Assembly (NCBI GenBank): GCA_020636645.1
Contig: JACJXO010000002.1
Span: 99,375 to 163,374 of the forward strand
Reading direction: 5' to 3'
DNA from: Chitinophagales bacterium
Lineage (GTDB): Bacteria > Bacteroidota > Bacteroidia > Chitinophagales > BACL12
Length of the DNA: 64,000 nucleotides
This document shows, in pieces, positions 1 to 8,918 of this stretch. The notes under the pieces are model-generated. The model ran no database searches. It was given only the letters and a program-made list of their open reading frames with translations, and was not told where the DNA came from. The position numbers and the translations under genes were made by a program. Position 1 is the stretch's first letter. Each line of letters opens with the position of its first letter.

Positions 1-1506
1 TGCCGTGGTCGCATTGAGGAAACGGGCAATCATGGCCGATGTGTACTCCGGAAAAGACCGGGCAAGGGCTTCCCAGTTCTGAAAGATGTCACGCCAGTTT
101 CCTTCGTAGTCAAAAAGCTGCTCTCCGGTTTCTGTCTGGGTATGGATGTTGAATTCATTCCACGGGCGGCTCGGATCTCCATGTCTTCTGCTGAAGTACA
201 GAGGCAGGTATTCCATGGCCAGCCGGTAAAGAGAAGGATGGATACGGCAGGCATCCAGCAGATATCGGCGGGGGATGGTTCGTTTTCCGTTGTGCAACCG
301 GGTACGGTACACATGAGCTGCTTCTTTATTATGCTGTTCGAGATACTGCAGAAAATCTGCCGACCGCACCTCATATTGCTCTGTGAACACTCCACCCCTA
401 AGGATATTGAACAGCACGTTTGACTGATGTCTTGCTGTGCTCAGATGATCAGCAGAGTATTGAATACCATCTGCAGCTTGCAGCAGGGTGCGCAGCTGTT
501 CCTGTCCGTTTGCTGTATCATTCAGCACGGTTTGCCAAATATTCTGGTCGTTTCTGATGAGCTGTTGCAGGTTGATGACCTCGCCGGCACCCAGGCCAAT
601 GTCCAGCAGGATCAGCCATTCTTTCGTTTCACCGGGCTGTAATGTGACTCTGGTCTGCTTGATGAATGCACCGCGTTCTGCACGTATATCCTGCTCAGCA
701 TGAACCCGGCCTCCGGTAAGAAAACTGCGAATCTGACGACCGCATAACAGGGTGGTTGCATTTTCCAGCCCAAGGCTCCAGGCCACCGTAGCCCTCAGTG
801 ATTCACTGGGCTCAGGCTTATCAACGATCTGGGCACTCAGAGAAAACACAGCCATTTCCGGATCAGATAACAGCTCATTTTTCCGGTATGCATCCACCAG
901 ATTACTGCGCCAGGTCTGAAGTCTTTCGCCCACATTCGCAGGCAGAATATTCTGTACGCCATCCAGTATATCCAGAGAGATCTCCTGATCACCCCGGTTG
1001 ACCAAAGTGGCTGTTCTGACAATGCCAAAGCGATTGGAAAAAGACCATCCGTATTGAAAGCTGAGTTGGATGTCGTGATTCGTTTCTTCGAACAGGATCC
1101 TGTTTCCCAGTACACTTTTACTGATGCTGCGTTCTGAGTTGTAGCCTGGAAGGATATATCCTGCAAACGGCGACCATACATGCGTGTTGAAAGAAGAGTC
1201 GGTGTACCTGATATGGGTAACACTTCCGGTTACGGGTGCCAGATCTGTGATCTTGTCATCAGTATAGTAGGGAAAGATAGCTTGCTGTGAATTGATGCGT
1301 CCTGCAGTGATGCCGCCATTACTGGACAGGAACATCCAGAGGTTGTTGTCGCTTACCAGGTTCATGAAGAAGGGGCGCATCTCATCATAGTGCCTGATGC
1401 AATAGAATTCTTCACCCTGCACCAGGATCTTTTCCAGATGAGGTTCCGGTGTCCTGCGTGTTTCCTGCAATGTCATGGTTTCATTTCCTGCACTCTGCTC
1501 CTTCAT
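1..1506 (-). CDS. Large conserved hypothetical protein, partial (C-terminus runs off the window start). Co-oriented with the downstream glycoside hydrolase array. A carbohydrate-active role such as a glycoside phosphorylase or GH is possible but unverified.
   Basis: Hand translation of the minus strand gives one uninterrupted frame from the ATG at 1506-1504 (MKEQSAGNETMTLQETRRTPEP...) down to position 1. It is missing from the ORF track because its stop lies off-window. It ends 8 bp before the next minus-strand gene. Confidence 0.5.
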   Translation of the reverse strand, partial: MKEQSAGNETMTLQETRRTPEPHLEKILVQGEEFYCIRHYDEMRPFFMNLVSDNNLWMFLSSNGGITAGRINSQQAIFPYYTDDKITDLAPVTGSVTHIRYTDSSFNTHVWSPFAGYILPGYNSERSISKSVLGNRILFEETNHDIQLSFQYGWSFSNRFGIVRTATLVNRGDQEISLDILDGVQNILPANVGERLQTWRSNLVDAYRKNELLSDPEMAVFSLSAQIVDKPEPSESLRATVAWSLGLENATTLLCGRQIRSFLTGGRVHAEQDIRAERGAFIKQTRVTLQPGETKEWLILLDIGLGAGEVINLQQLIRNDQNIWQTVLNDTANGQEQLRTLLQAADGIQYSADHLSTARHQSNVLFNILRGGVFTEQYEVRSADFLQYLEQHNKEAAHVYRTRLHNGKRTIPRRYLLDACRIHPSLYRLAMEYLPLYFSRRHGDPSRPWNEFNIHTQTETGEQLFDYEGNWRDIFQNWEALARSFPEYTSAMIARFLNATTA

Positions 1507-1514
1507 GGATAGGG

Positions 1515-2810
1515 TCATTTAATATAGAAAGGAATATTGGCATGCGCAGCATGGTCGTGTCCATCAAAAGCATACAGAAACAAACGGTATGCTCCGGGCT
1601 GGTTCGGAACCACCAGTTGTGTGGTTGCCTGATCAGGTGTTGATATCCAGCTGGTAATGACAGGCGGAGTGGTTTCAAAATCACCGCCATCCCCCAGGTC
1701 TGTACTTTCCGGCATAATGATCCATTGGAATTGAAGCTGATCACCATCGGCATCTCTGATGGCAGAAAATGCTTCTGCCGTATCGCCCGGATGCAGAAAA
1801 ATATCACTGCCGGGGGCCATGCCGTTCAGTCTTACAGAATCTATTGCAGGACTGGTGTTTTCAGGCCAGGTGTTGTTCCATATGAAATGCATGGCATCTA
1901 TCGCTGCCGTTTCTTTTCCGTCTTCCATGTAGAGTCCGTACCAGGTGGGTGTGCGTTCCTGTTTTTGTCCCCACAAAAAAATGAATGCACCCAGACAACG
2001 GTCCAGTTCCGGAACGATACCGGTTTGGTAACGTTCCAGTATGTAGTTGGCTTTTACGGTACTGTTGTTCTCTACCGGTGCACCCCAGGAGGTTTCCTGC
2101 ACCTCCCAGTGACCGGTAGCTCCCCATTCAGTTACCAGATATGGTCCGGTCCAGCCGGATTCTCTGATGCGCTGCGGCAGGTTGATGATATCTGCATACA
2201 TCTGGATGCTGAGCAGATCCAGATCAGGCGCACGCTCGCGAATATCTTTGACCAGATCTGCGCTGATACCGGCCAGTGAGGTAGTGGTCAGGTGATTCGG
2301 ATCCACTTCATGTATCATGCGGCTGATATCGTTGACCGCATTCCAGACATTCGGATTGGTAGCACGCAGATTCAGTTCATTGCCTATGCCCCATATCAAC
2401 AGAGCGGGATGATCTTTGAGGGCGATGACCTGCTGCCTGACATCATTCAGCTGTTGCTGCACCACAACGGGGTCATTGTAATCAAACCCATGTCTCTCAC
2501 GGGCGATATCAATACCCATCACCACTTTGATGCCATATGAATGTGCTTCATCCAGGATGTCAATGGCTGACCGCACTCCGTTATCTGTACGCCAGGTGCG
2601 GAAAGTATTTCCTCCGTGTTCTGCCAGTTCAGCAATACTGCCAAATTCCAGACCTGCTCCTTTGATGGTATAGGGTGCCCCGTCCACCAAAAGTTCATAG
2701 CTGTTACCTTCCTGCCTGATGGATACCTGTTCAGGTAAACTCTGGGCATCTGTTTGCCGGCATGACATTAATACAGACAATGAAATAATATATAATGATC
2801 TTGATATCAT
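1515..2810 (-). CDS. Secreted clan GH-A (TIM-barrel) glycoside hydrolase with a C-terminal beta-sandwich domain. Candidate endo-beta-1,3-glucanase with GH158-like architecture. Paralog of 12700..14061.
   Basis: N-terminal signal peptide. WGIGNELNL catalytic-acid-like NE motif. A roughly 300-aa catalytic region followed by a roughly 120-aa C-terminal domain. Clear paralogy with the other GH. Family not verified. Confidence 0.6.
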   Translation of the reverse strand: MISRSLYIISLSVLMSCRQTDAQSLPEQVSIRQEGNSYELLVDGAPYTIKGAGLEFGSIAELAEHGGNTFRTWRTDNGVRSAIDILDEAHSYGIKVVMGIDIARERHGFDYNDPVVVQQQLNDVRQQVIALKDHPALLIWGIGNELNLRATNPNVWNAVNDISRMIHEVDPNHLTTTSLAGISADLVKDIRERAPDLDLLSIQMYADIINLPQRIRESGWTGPYLVTEWGATGHWEVQETSWGAPVENNSTVKANYILERYQTGIVPELDRCLGAFIFLWGQKQERTPTWYGLYMEDGKETAAIDAMHFIWNNTWPENTSPAIDSVRLNGMAPGSDIFLHPGDTAEAFSAIRDADGDQLQFQWIIMPESTDLGDGGDFETTPPVITSWISTPDQATTQLVVPNQPGAYRLFLYAFDGHDHAAHANIPFYIK

Positions 2811-4405
2811 GATCTCACCAGCTCTTTCTCCAGTGCTTCCAGGCTTTTGCCTTTGGTTTCAGGAACATAACGCCAGATGAACAGGAAACCCAGCAAAGCG
2901 AATACACCGTAAATGAAGAAGGTGGTTGCACTGCCCAGCTTTTCCAGCTCCCAGGGAAACACCAGTTGTACAATAAAACTCACAGCACTGTTGATCAGTC
3001 CTACAAAGGAAATAGCCAGCCCGCGAATTCGGTTGGGAAACAATTCAGAGAACAATACCCACATGACCGGTCCAATGGAAATAGCAAAGGATGCCACGAA
3101 GCCCAGAATACCTATCAGGATCAGAACCGGATTGATATGCAGGGCTGCATTGGAAAGTGTACTGCCATGTTCAGAGTAAAATGCAGTACCAAGCTGTTGT
3201 TCTGCTGCTTCCCGAAAAGCCTGTTCATCAGGGTAGGAATGATCATATAAAGCAGAGATGGATGCCTGATCTGCGGTAATGCCTGTTTTGGCAAACGCAG
3301 CTTCTGACAGGGAATATTCTGCAGCACGAAATCCGTAAGACAACAGGAACATGGACACCACAATTCCGGCCACACCCACGATGAGCAGCGGCTTGCGGCC
3401 AAACCTGTCTATGAACAGAATGGCCAGAACAGTGAATACCAGATTGGTTATACCTACCAGAATGGCCTGGACGAAAGAAGCATCTGTGCCGATGCCTGAT
3501 TGTTCAAATATCATGGGTGCATAAAAGAATACGGAATTGATACCTGTGATCTGTTGCAGTACAGCTACTACTATGCCGATGGTGATGACCAGGCGCAATG
3601 CCGGTTTGAACAGGTCAGCTACGCCTGCCTGTTTGCTGTGTTCTTTTTTACTTTCTTCTTCGATGCTCTGACGGATCTCTGCCATTTCGCGATCTGCTGT
3701 TTCGGCATTGGAGAATCGGGTCATGATCTTTTTGGCTTCTTCGAATCGACCCTTCAGGATAAGCCACCGCGGACTTTTCGGTACAAGAAATAGTCCGAAG
3801 AAGTACAGCACAGCAGGCAATGTTTCCAACCCGAGCATCCAGCGCCAGGGCTCGGTATCAATATGTGCCTTTTTTACCCATGCAGCATCAGACTGGCTGT
3901 AACGCAGAATCAGGTAATTGGTGAAGAATGCCAGGGAAATTCCGATCACGATATTGAGCTGGTTGAATGAGACCATGCGGCCACGCATTTCGGGCGGACT
4001 GATCTCTGCAATGTACATAGGTGCAATAATGAGCGAAGCACCCACACCAAAACCACCAATCATGCGGAAGATGACCAGCGACACAAAGTCAGGAGCCAGG
4101 GCAGAGCCGATGGCCGATATCGCATATAAAATAGCAGCATAGGTAAGCACCTTCTTCCTGCCGATGCGGTTACTCAAAGGTCCGCTTACCATCATGGCCA
4201 GCGTTGAGGTAAGGGTAAGTGAACTGACAGACCATCCTAGCTGGATCTTGGTCAGTTCAAATTTCGTTTCGATGAAACCCACCACACCGGAAATGACCGA
4301 TGCGTCGAATCCCATGAGCAGTCCGCCAAGGGCTACGATGAGGGCTATCAGCATCAGGCGATAGTTGCCTGTGCTGATGGGTTGTTCGTTCACAGGTGCT
4401 GCCAT
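2807..4405 (-). CDS. MFS sugar porter family transporter (sugar:H+ symporter) with an extended central cytoplasmic loop.
   Basis: Motifs GRKKVL, PKSPRWL and PETKGKSLE typical of sugar-porter MFS, about 12 TM helices. Its stop overlaps the start of the downstream GH by 4 bp. Confidence 0.85.
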   Translation of the reverse strand: MAAPVNEQPISTGNYRLMLIALIVALGGLLMGFDASVISGVVGFIETKFELTKIQLGWSVSSLTLTSTLAMMVSGPLSNRIGRKKVLTYAAILYAISAIGSALAPDFVSLVIFRMIGGFGVGASLIIAPMYIAEISPPEMRGRMVSFNQLNIVIGISLAFFTNYLILRYSQSDAAWVKKAHIDTEPWRWMLGLETLPAVLYFFGLFLVPKSPRWLILKGRFEEAKKIMTRFSNAETADREMAEIRQSIEEESKKEHSKQAGVADLFKPALRLVITIGIVVAVLQQITGINSVFFYAPMIFEQSGIGTDASFVQAILVGITNLVFTVLAILFIDRFGRKPLLIVGVAGIVVSMFLLSYGFRAAEYSLSEAAFAKTGITADQASISALYDHSYPDEQAFREAAEQQLGTAFYSEHGSTLSNAALHINPVLILIGILGFVASFAISIGPVMWVLFSELFPNRIRGLAISFVGLINSAVSFIVQLVFPWELEKLGSATTFFIYGVFALLGFLFIWRYVPETKGKSLEALEKELVRS

Positions 4406-4408
4406 AAG

Positions 4409-4453
4409 TAGCTTTTTGTAAAAATAACTATAAGTAGGAATTTTCCTACTTAT
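4409..4453. promoter_or_regulatory. Exact copy of the GTAGCTTTTTGTAAAAAT 18-mer (a half-site only), immediately followed by a 24-bp perfect palindrome ATAAGTAGGAA-TT-TTCCTACTTAT. It lies upstream of the MFS gene, in the gap after GH30.
   Basis: The 18-mer is identical to 14801-14818. The palindrome at 4430-4453 has 11-bp arms and a 2-nt centre. Located 25-48 bp upstream of the MFS start codon. Confidence 0.45.
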
Positions 4454-4464
4454 TGCACAAAAAA

Positions 4465-5892
4465 CTACCGGAGTATGCAGGTTTGAATGGCATGGGCGGG
4501 AATGGCCATTTTAGCAGATTCCTGACCGGTTTGAAGCTGGTAGGAGATCGGCAGATCGCTTTTGTTCATGACCACTACGGTAAGGCTGCCATCCGGATGC
4601 AGGTAAGCGGTGGTAAGCAGATCACTGTGATTGGTACCGGCTGCAACCCGTACTGCACCGGGTCTTATAAAACGGGAAAAATGCCCCAGGTAGTAATAGG
4701 CCGGGGTCAGCAGCAAGGTGTCTGATGCTACATCTGCGTGGATCGGAGCAAAGCAGTAATTGCCCACATGGTTAGGGCCGCCATACATATTGAGCATCAG
4801 GTTCCAGTCGGTCCAGGCAGTGGTACCATGGTTGAAGTCTTCTATGACAGCTTCGCCATATCGTTCGGCATGTGCCCAGCTACCCAGATATTCGCGTCTG
4901 AACAGCTCATTACATCCTTCAGTAAAGACCAATGCTTTATCGGAGAATGAGCTGTTCACCAGGCCCACATTCTCAAACATGGGCTCACCACCGGCCCAGG
5001 TCTCATACCAGTGAAAACCAACCCCCCACACATATGCAGAAGCTTCCGGATCGTTCAGGATGGTAGCAGCTCTTTGGAACAGCAGGTCACGGTTGTGATC
5101 CCACACGATCAGCTTCTTATCATCCATACCTGCTGCATGTAATGCCGGCCCCAGATGATCACGAACAAAATCACGTTCTTCTTCGGCGATATAGATACAG
5201 GATTCCCAGCGTTGCACAGCCATGGGTTCATTTTGTACCGTCAGACCCCATACCGGAAAGCCGGCTGCTTCATATTCCTGAATGAAACGTATATAATAAT
5301 TGGCCCAGGCAGTACGGTATTCAGGCAACAAACTTCCGCCGTGCAGCATATCCTTGTTCGTCTTCATGAAGGCCGGCGGACTCCAGGGGCTTGCGTACAG
5401 CAACAGGTCCTTACCTGCAACAGACTGTATATGCTGCAGCAGGGGAAAACGATAGGTCCGGTCATGATCAATGGAAAAGGTCTGCAGAGTACTGTCGCCT
5501 TCGGTAATGTAAGTATAACTTTCGGGCGAGAAATCACAGCTGTGTACAGGCACTCTGATCAGGTTGTATCCAAGCCCGTTTTTTTGATCAAAGCAGGCTT
5601 GTATGAATGCAGCACGTGTACTTTCACTGAGTGAATCATAGACCACAGCAACAGCGTCTGTTACAGCACCGCCCATACCGGTATGTACCTGAAAACGATG
5701 AGTAGTATCTGCAAAGACCACTCTTTCTGATTCGAGTGGCTGGACAGATCCTGCAGTGGGTATATCATCCAGCTGCTGCAACAGATGTTCGTTGCCCCTG
5801 GCGGTTTCATAGACCTGCCAGGTGTTCTTGTGCTGGGCGTGTACCTGAAGCACACACAGCCATACTACTGCAAGCAGGAAAAATTTTCTCAT
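4465..5892 (-). CDS. Glycoside hydrolase family 30 (glucosylceramidase-like), candidate beta-1,6-glucanase. Secreted.
   Basis: Signal peptide. GH30 hallmark ASPWSPPAFMK, plus LIRVPVHSCDFS. About 475 aa, typical GH30 length. Confidence 0.8.
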   Translation of the reverse strand: MRKFFLLAVVWLCVLQVHAQHKNTWQVYETARGNEHLLQQLDDIPTAGSVQPLESERVVFADTTHRFQVHTGMGGAVTDAVAVVYDSLSESTRAAFIQACFDQKNGLGYNLIRVPVHSCDFSPESYTYITEGDSTLQTFSIDHDRTYRFPLLQHIQSVAGKDLLLYASPWSPPAFMKTNKDMLHGGSLLPEYRTAWANYYIRFIQEYEAAGFPVWGLTVQNEPMAVQRWESCIYIAEEERDFVRDHLGPALHAAGMDDKKLIVWDHNRDLLFQRAATILNDPEASAYVWGVGFHWYETWAGGEPMFENVGLVNSSFSDKALVFTEGCNELFRREYLGSWAHAERYGEAVIEDFNHGTTAWTDWNLMLNMYGGPNHVGNYCFAPIHADVASDTLLLTPAYYYLGHFSRFIRPGAVRVAAGTNHSDLLTTAYLHPDGSLTVVVMNKSDLPISYQLQTGQESAKMAIPAHAIQTCILR

Positions 5893-6719
5893 TCTGCCTG
5901 ATAGCTGAAGGAACGTATCACGACCTCATGCTCCAGGCCATCAGACGGACCGGCACTTATCCAGGTCATGATCCAGAAATTGATACGTGCATTGGTGGTT
6001 TCGCCGGGTGCAGGAATGATGATGGGGTCTGAAGAGATACCGTTCTCATTCTTGACGCGAGGGGGATTGTCCAGATCAAAAAACCAGGAAGCAATGAGGT
6101 TATCAGGGTTGATACCTTCGCCGGAATAACTGTTCCAGACGATGATGCTATCGGTCCAAAGAAAAGAATGCGTACTCACACCTACCAGACTTCCGTCAGG
6201 TGTGTCAGCGTCGTAGGTACGTTCCGGATAATACGGTCCAAAGTTGAGGGGTTGAACAGAATAATGCAGTGTCTCTTCGGCCTCTGCATTTCCCCATTTG
6301 GCAAATTCAATATCGATCTCGCTGTTGCCATCGGTTTGAAAGGTATTGTTATCCCAGGTGAATAATCCCAATACAATGTTCTCCGGAATATTCTGAAGAT
6401 CTCCCTGCACCACCCAGGTATAAGTTCCGTAACCCATGGTATCACGGCTCACTACTTCAGAAGAATACCAGCGGCCGTCGTGCTCAGAAATGTGCATATG
6501 CAGATAACCATTTTCATCTACCCAGACATCTTCGTAACGACCGGAGAAATAGTTCGGGCCAGGACCCATGACACTGTTTTCAAAGATCTTGACATCCCAG
6601 AGGTAGCCTGAGAAATTCACTTCGTCGCCCTGACGTCCCAGCACATCTTCCGGATCAGATTGCGAACAGGACAGACTTAAGGAGATCAGGAACAGACCTG
6701 CTATATGTGTTGCTTTCAT
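5889..6719 (-). CDS. Glycoside hydrolase family 16 lipoprotein (laminarinase-type endo-beta-1,3(4)-glucanase).
   Basis: Lipoprotein signal (LSLSC). GH16 catalytic motif E-I-D-I-E (NSEIDIEFAKWGN). 276 aa. Confidence 0.8.
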   Translation of the reverse strand: MKATHIAGLFLISLSLSCSQSDPEDVLGRQGDEVNFSGYLWDVKIFENSVMGPGPNYFSGRYEDVWVDENGYLHMHISEHDGRWYSSEVVSRDTMGYGTYTWVVQGDLQNIPENIVLGLFTWDNNTFQTDGNSEIDIEFAKWGNAEAEETLHYSVQPLNFGPYYPERTYDADTPDGSLVGVSTHSFLWTDSIIVWNSYSGEGINPDNLIASWFFDLDNPPRVKNENGISSDPIIIPAPGETTNARINFWIMTWISAGPSDGLEHEVVIRSFSYQAE

Positions 6720-7915
6720 TTTGCTGATAGTTCTGAAGTCACATGAATGCTTCCCCAGGTAGAGGGGTTGCGTTCAAATGCCGGTTTGTCATCGCCGTTC
6801 CAACGATACCTGACCACCAGTTCTGATGACTGACGGTCCACTACGGCCACATCCAGCAGATAGTTTTCATCTTGTTCCCATTTGCTGATACCCAGCTCAC
6901 GGAATGACAGTTCTGCCGTTAAACGGTAACCGCTGGCGGTTTTTTCAAAAAGCACCGGACGTGCAAGGGTTTGCCGGTTCACGTCATCCCACACCAATCC
7001 GTTCTTCATGGCAGGCAGGAACAGCAACCGGTCGCTCAGAAACAGTTGTTTTCTGCTGTTATCCAGGTCCGGATTGGAAGAAAACGCCAGGATGAGTCCA
7101 TCGTTTTCCATTTTGGGCCATTCTTCAGAAGAGGTGCCAACATGTATGGCATCTTCTACTACCGCTGTCAGCACGATACTGCTGTCTGTCAAAGCCATCT
7201 GAACACCGGCACCGGGTTGGTCGAGCAGGGTCCGGCTACTACCGTTGTAACTGATATCAACTGAGCGATTGTTGTGCTCACCCAGGTCCACTACACGTAC
7301 ATCATCAATGTACACAACTCCATCTGCTTCCAGCTGGATGATGAGTTGTTTGACCATGCTGAGGTCTGCATGGAACATTTTCGTATCAAATGCTTTGAGG
7401 GGTACCTGTACCCTTGTCCATTGGCCGGTTATTTCCTGGTTGTCTATGAATTCAGGGAACACACCCGCCCATGCCTGTGCCCCGTTATAGTCTTCCAGTG
7501 CCATGGCCCAGGGCAGTCCTTTCAGGTTTCCGGAAGAGCTGCGTGCCATGAATTGTATAGCACCCCGGTCAACGATCTGACTCAGATTCTTGGAGGCCCA
7601 GCCATCCCATCCAAAACCGATTCCAAGCCAGCTGCAACCGGCCTGCTTATTCCATTGAAGCAACAGTGAACCGTTGCCATTGTCATTCAGATCAAATGCA
7701 TTGGTTACCTGCAGACAAGCTGCGGTATCAGGAGAGAACCAGAACTCATTGGTGATGTAATCGTTCCAGATATCAACGCTGTAGAAATTGCCAACATGAG
7801 ACAGTGTGTCTGCGGAAGCGGGCTGTTCATATACAGACATGGTCCGGAAGGAACAGGCGTGCAGGCTGCATACAAGCGGCAAAGTCAGCAACCAGATTCG
7901 TTCGTGATGGCTCAT
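6716..7915 (-). CDS. Secreted two-domain beta-sandwich protein, putative carbohydrate-binding or surface glycan-binding protein.
   Basis: Signal peptide. Trp/Gly-rich CBM-like N-terminal half (WLGIGFGWDGWASKN) and a second beta-rich domain. Embedded in the GH array with overlapping stop and start codons. Confidence 0.45.
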   Translation of the reverse strand: MSHHERIWLLTLPLVCSLHACSFRTMSVYEQPASADTLSHVGNFYSVDIWNDYITNEFWFSPDTAACLQVTNAFDLNDNGNGSLLLQWNKQAGCSWLGIGFGWDGWASKNLSQIVDRGAIQFMARSSSGNLKGLPWAMALEDYNGAQAWAGVFPEFIDNQEITGQWTRVQVPLKAFDTKMFHADLSMVKQLIIQLEADGVVYIDDVRVVDLGEHNNRSVDISYNGSSRTLLDQPGAGVQMALTDSSIVLTAVVEDAIHVGTSSEEWPKMENDGLILAFSSNPDLDNSRKQLFLSDRLLFLPAMKNGLVWDDVNRQTLARPVLFEKTASGYRLTAELSFRELGISKWEQDENYLLDVAVVDRQSSELVVRYRWNGDDKPAFERNPSTWGSIHVTSELSAK

Positions 7916-8916
7916 GGTTTCAGCGGACCGTTTTCGGTGAAGATGATGAGATCCATGAGTGCCTGCGCATAACCGGAAACCGGATTGGCCAGCATCAGTA
8001 TGCTCACCTGTATCAGTTTATCCGGTTCGTTCAGACCATTTCCAATTGGATCGGCGGGAGCGCCATTCACCAGCGTGACGAGATCAGCATAGCGTGCAGA
8101 GATCAGTTGCCAACCATCCTGATCATTCAATGCTACTTCCAGTGAGAACATATCTTCTTCTCCATCAGTATATACACCATCGCCATTATCATCTTCCCGG
8201 AACTGGAACAGCACCAGTGCATTGCTCAGGTCGGGCTGTTTGGACAGCAACACATTGAAATAGATATTATCCGGATTGGTTGCCAGGTCAAAGGTTGGAG
8301 CACCATAAGCACTTCCCGGAATATCGATCAGACCAATGAGCCAGTCCCAGCCCACTTCTCCTCCCATATCGTAGTAGGATCCGCCCTGTGCGGCATTTTC
8401 ATCGGTACGGATCACAAAGCTCATGTCAGCACCTGACTGAACGAAGCTTCCCCATCCAGGGTTCCAGCCGGCCTCAAAATCTTCCAGCAGAAGGCCTTCC
8501 ACAGGTCGGGCGGTCTCTACAGAAACGGAAGTTTCATATACTTCTTCTTCTGTTTCAAAAGTGAGTGATACGTCACATGCTTCTGGCCTGAACATGGGCA
8601 ACTGGGTGGTGGTGCCATCCCAGGTAGCGTTTGATGCATCCAGGGTCCTGGAAAATCCGGTTATTGTCTTCACAGCACCGGATTCCTGTCCGGTGATGGT
8701 CAGGGTCCAGTTTATGTTCTTCGAGAACTCTGCGGTGAAAACGGCTTTTTCACCAGCGGCGAAATCGATCTCTGAATCATTTACGGCAAGTGCCTGCAAC
8801 AGGTTGAATTCGCCATAGAGATCATTAAGATCCGGACCGTCAAACAGATCAGTTTCACGGGTACATCCTGCCAGAAGGAGGGTGCTTATTGCGGTTATAA
8901 GTGCTATTCTTTTCAT
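7912..8916 (-). CDS. Surface lipoprotein, SusE/F-like surface glycan-binding protein candidate.
   Basis: Lipobox MKRIALITAISTLLLAGC. CBM-like acidic Trp-rich domain (LLLEDFEAGWNPGWGSF...). Position in the locus. Confidence 0.45.
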   Translation of the reverse strand: MKRIALITAISTLLLAGCTRETDLFDGPDLNDLYGEFNLLQALAVNDSEIDFAAGEKAVFTAEFSKNINWTLTITGQESGAVKTITGFSRTLDASNATWDGTTTQLPMFRPEACDVSLTFETEEEVYETSVSVETARPVEGLLLEDFEAGWNPGWGSFVQSGADMSFVIRTDENAAQGGSYYDMGGEVGWDWLIGLIDIPGSAYGAPTFDLATNPDNIYFNVLLSKQPDLSNALVLFQFREDDNGDGVYTDGEEDMFSLEVALNDQDGWQLISARYADLVTLVNGAPADPIGNGLNEPDKLIQVSILMLANPVSGYAQALMDLIIFTENGPLKP

Positions 8917-8918
8917 AT

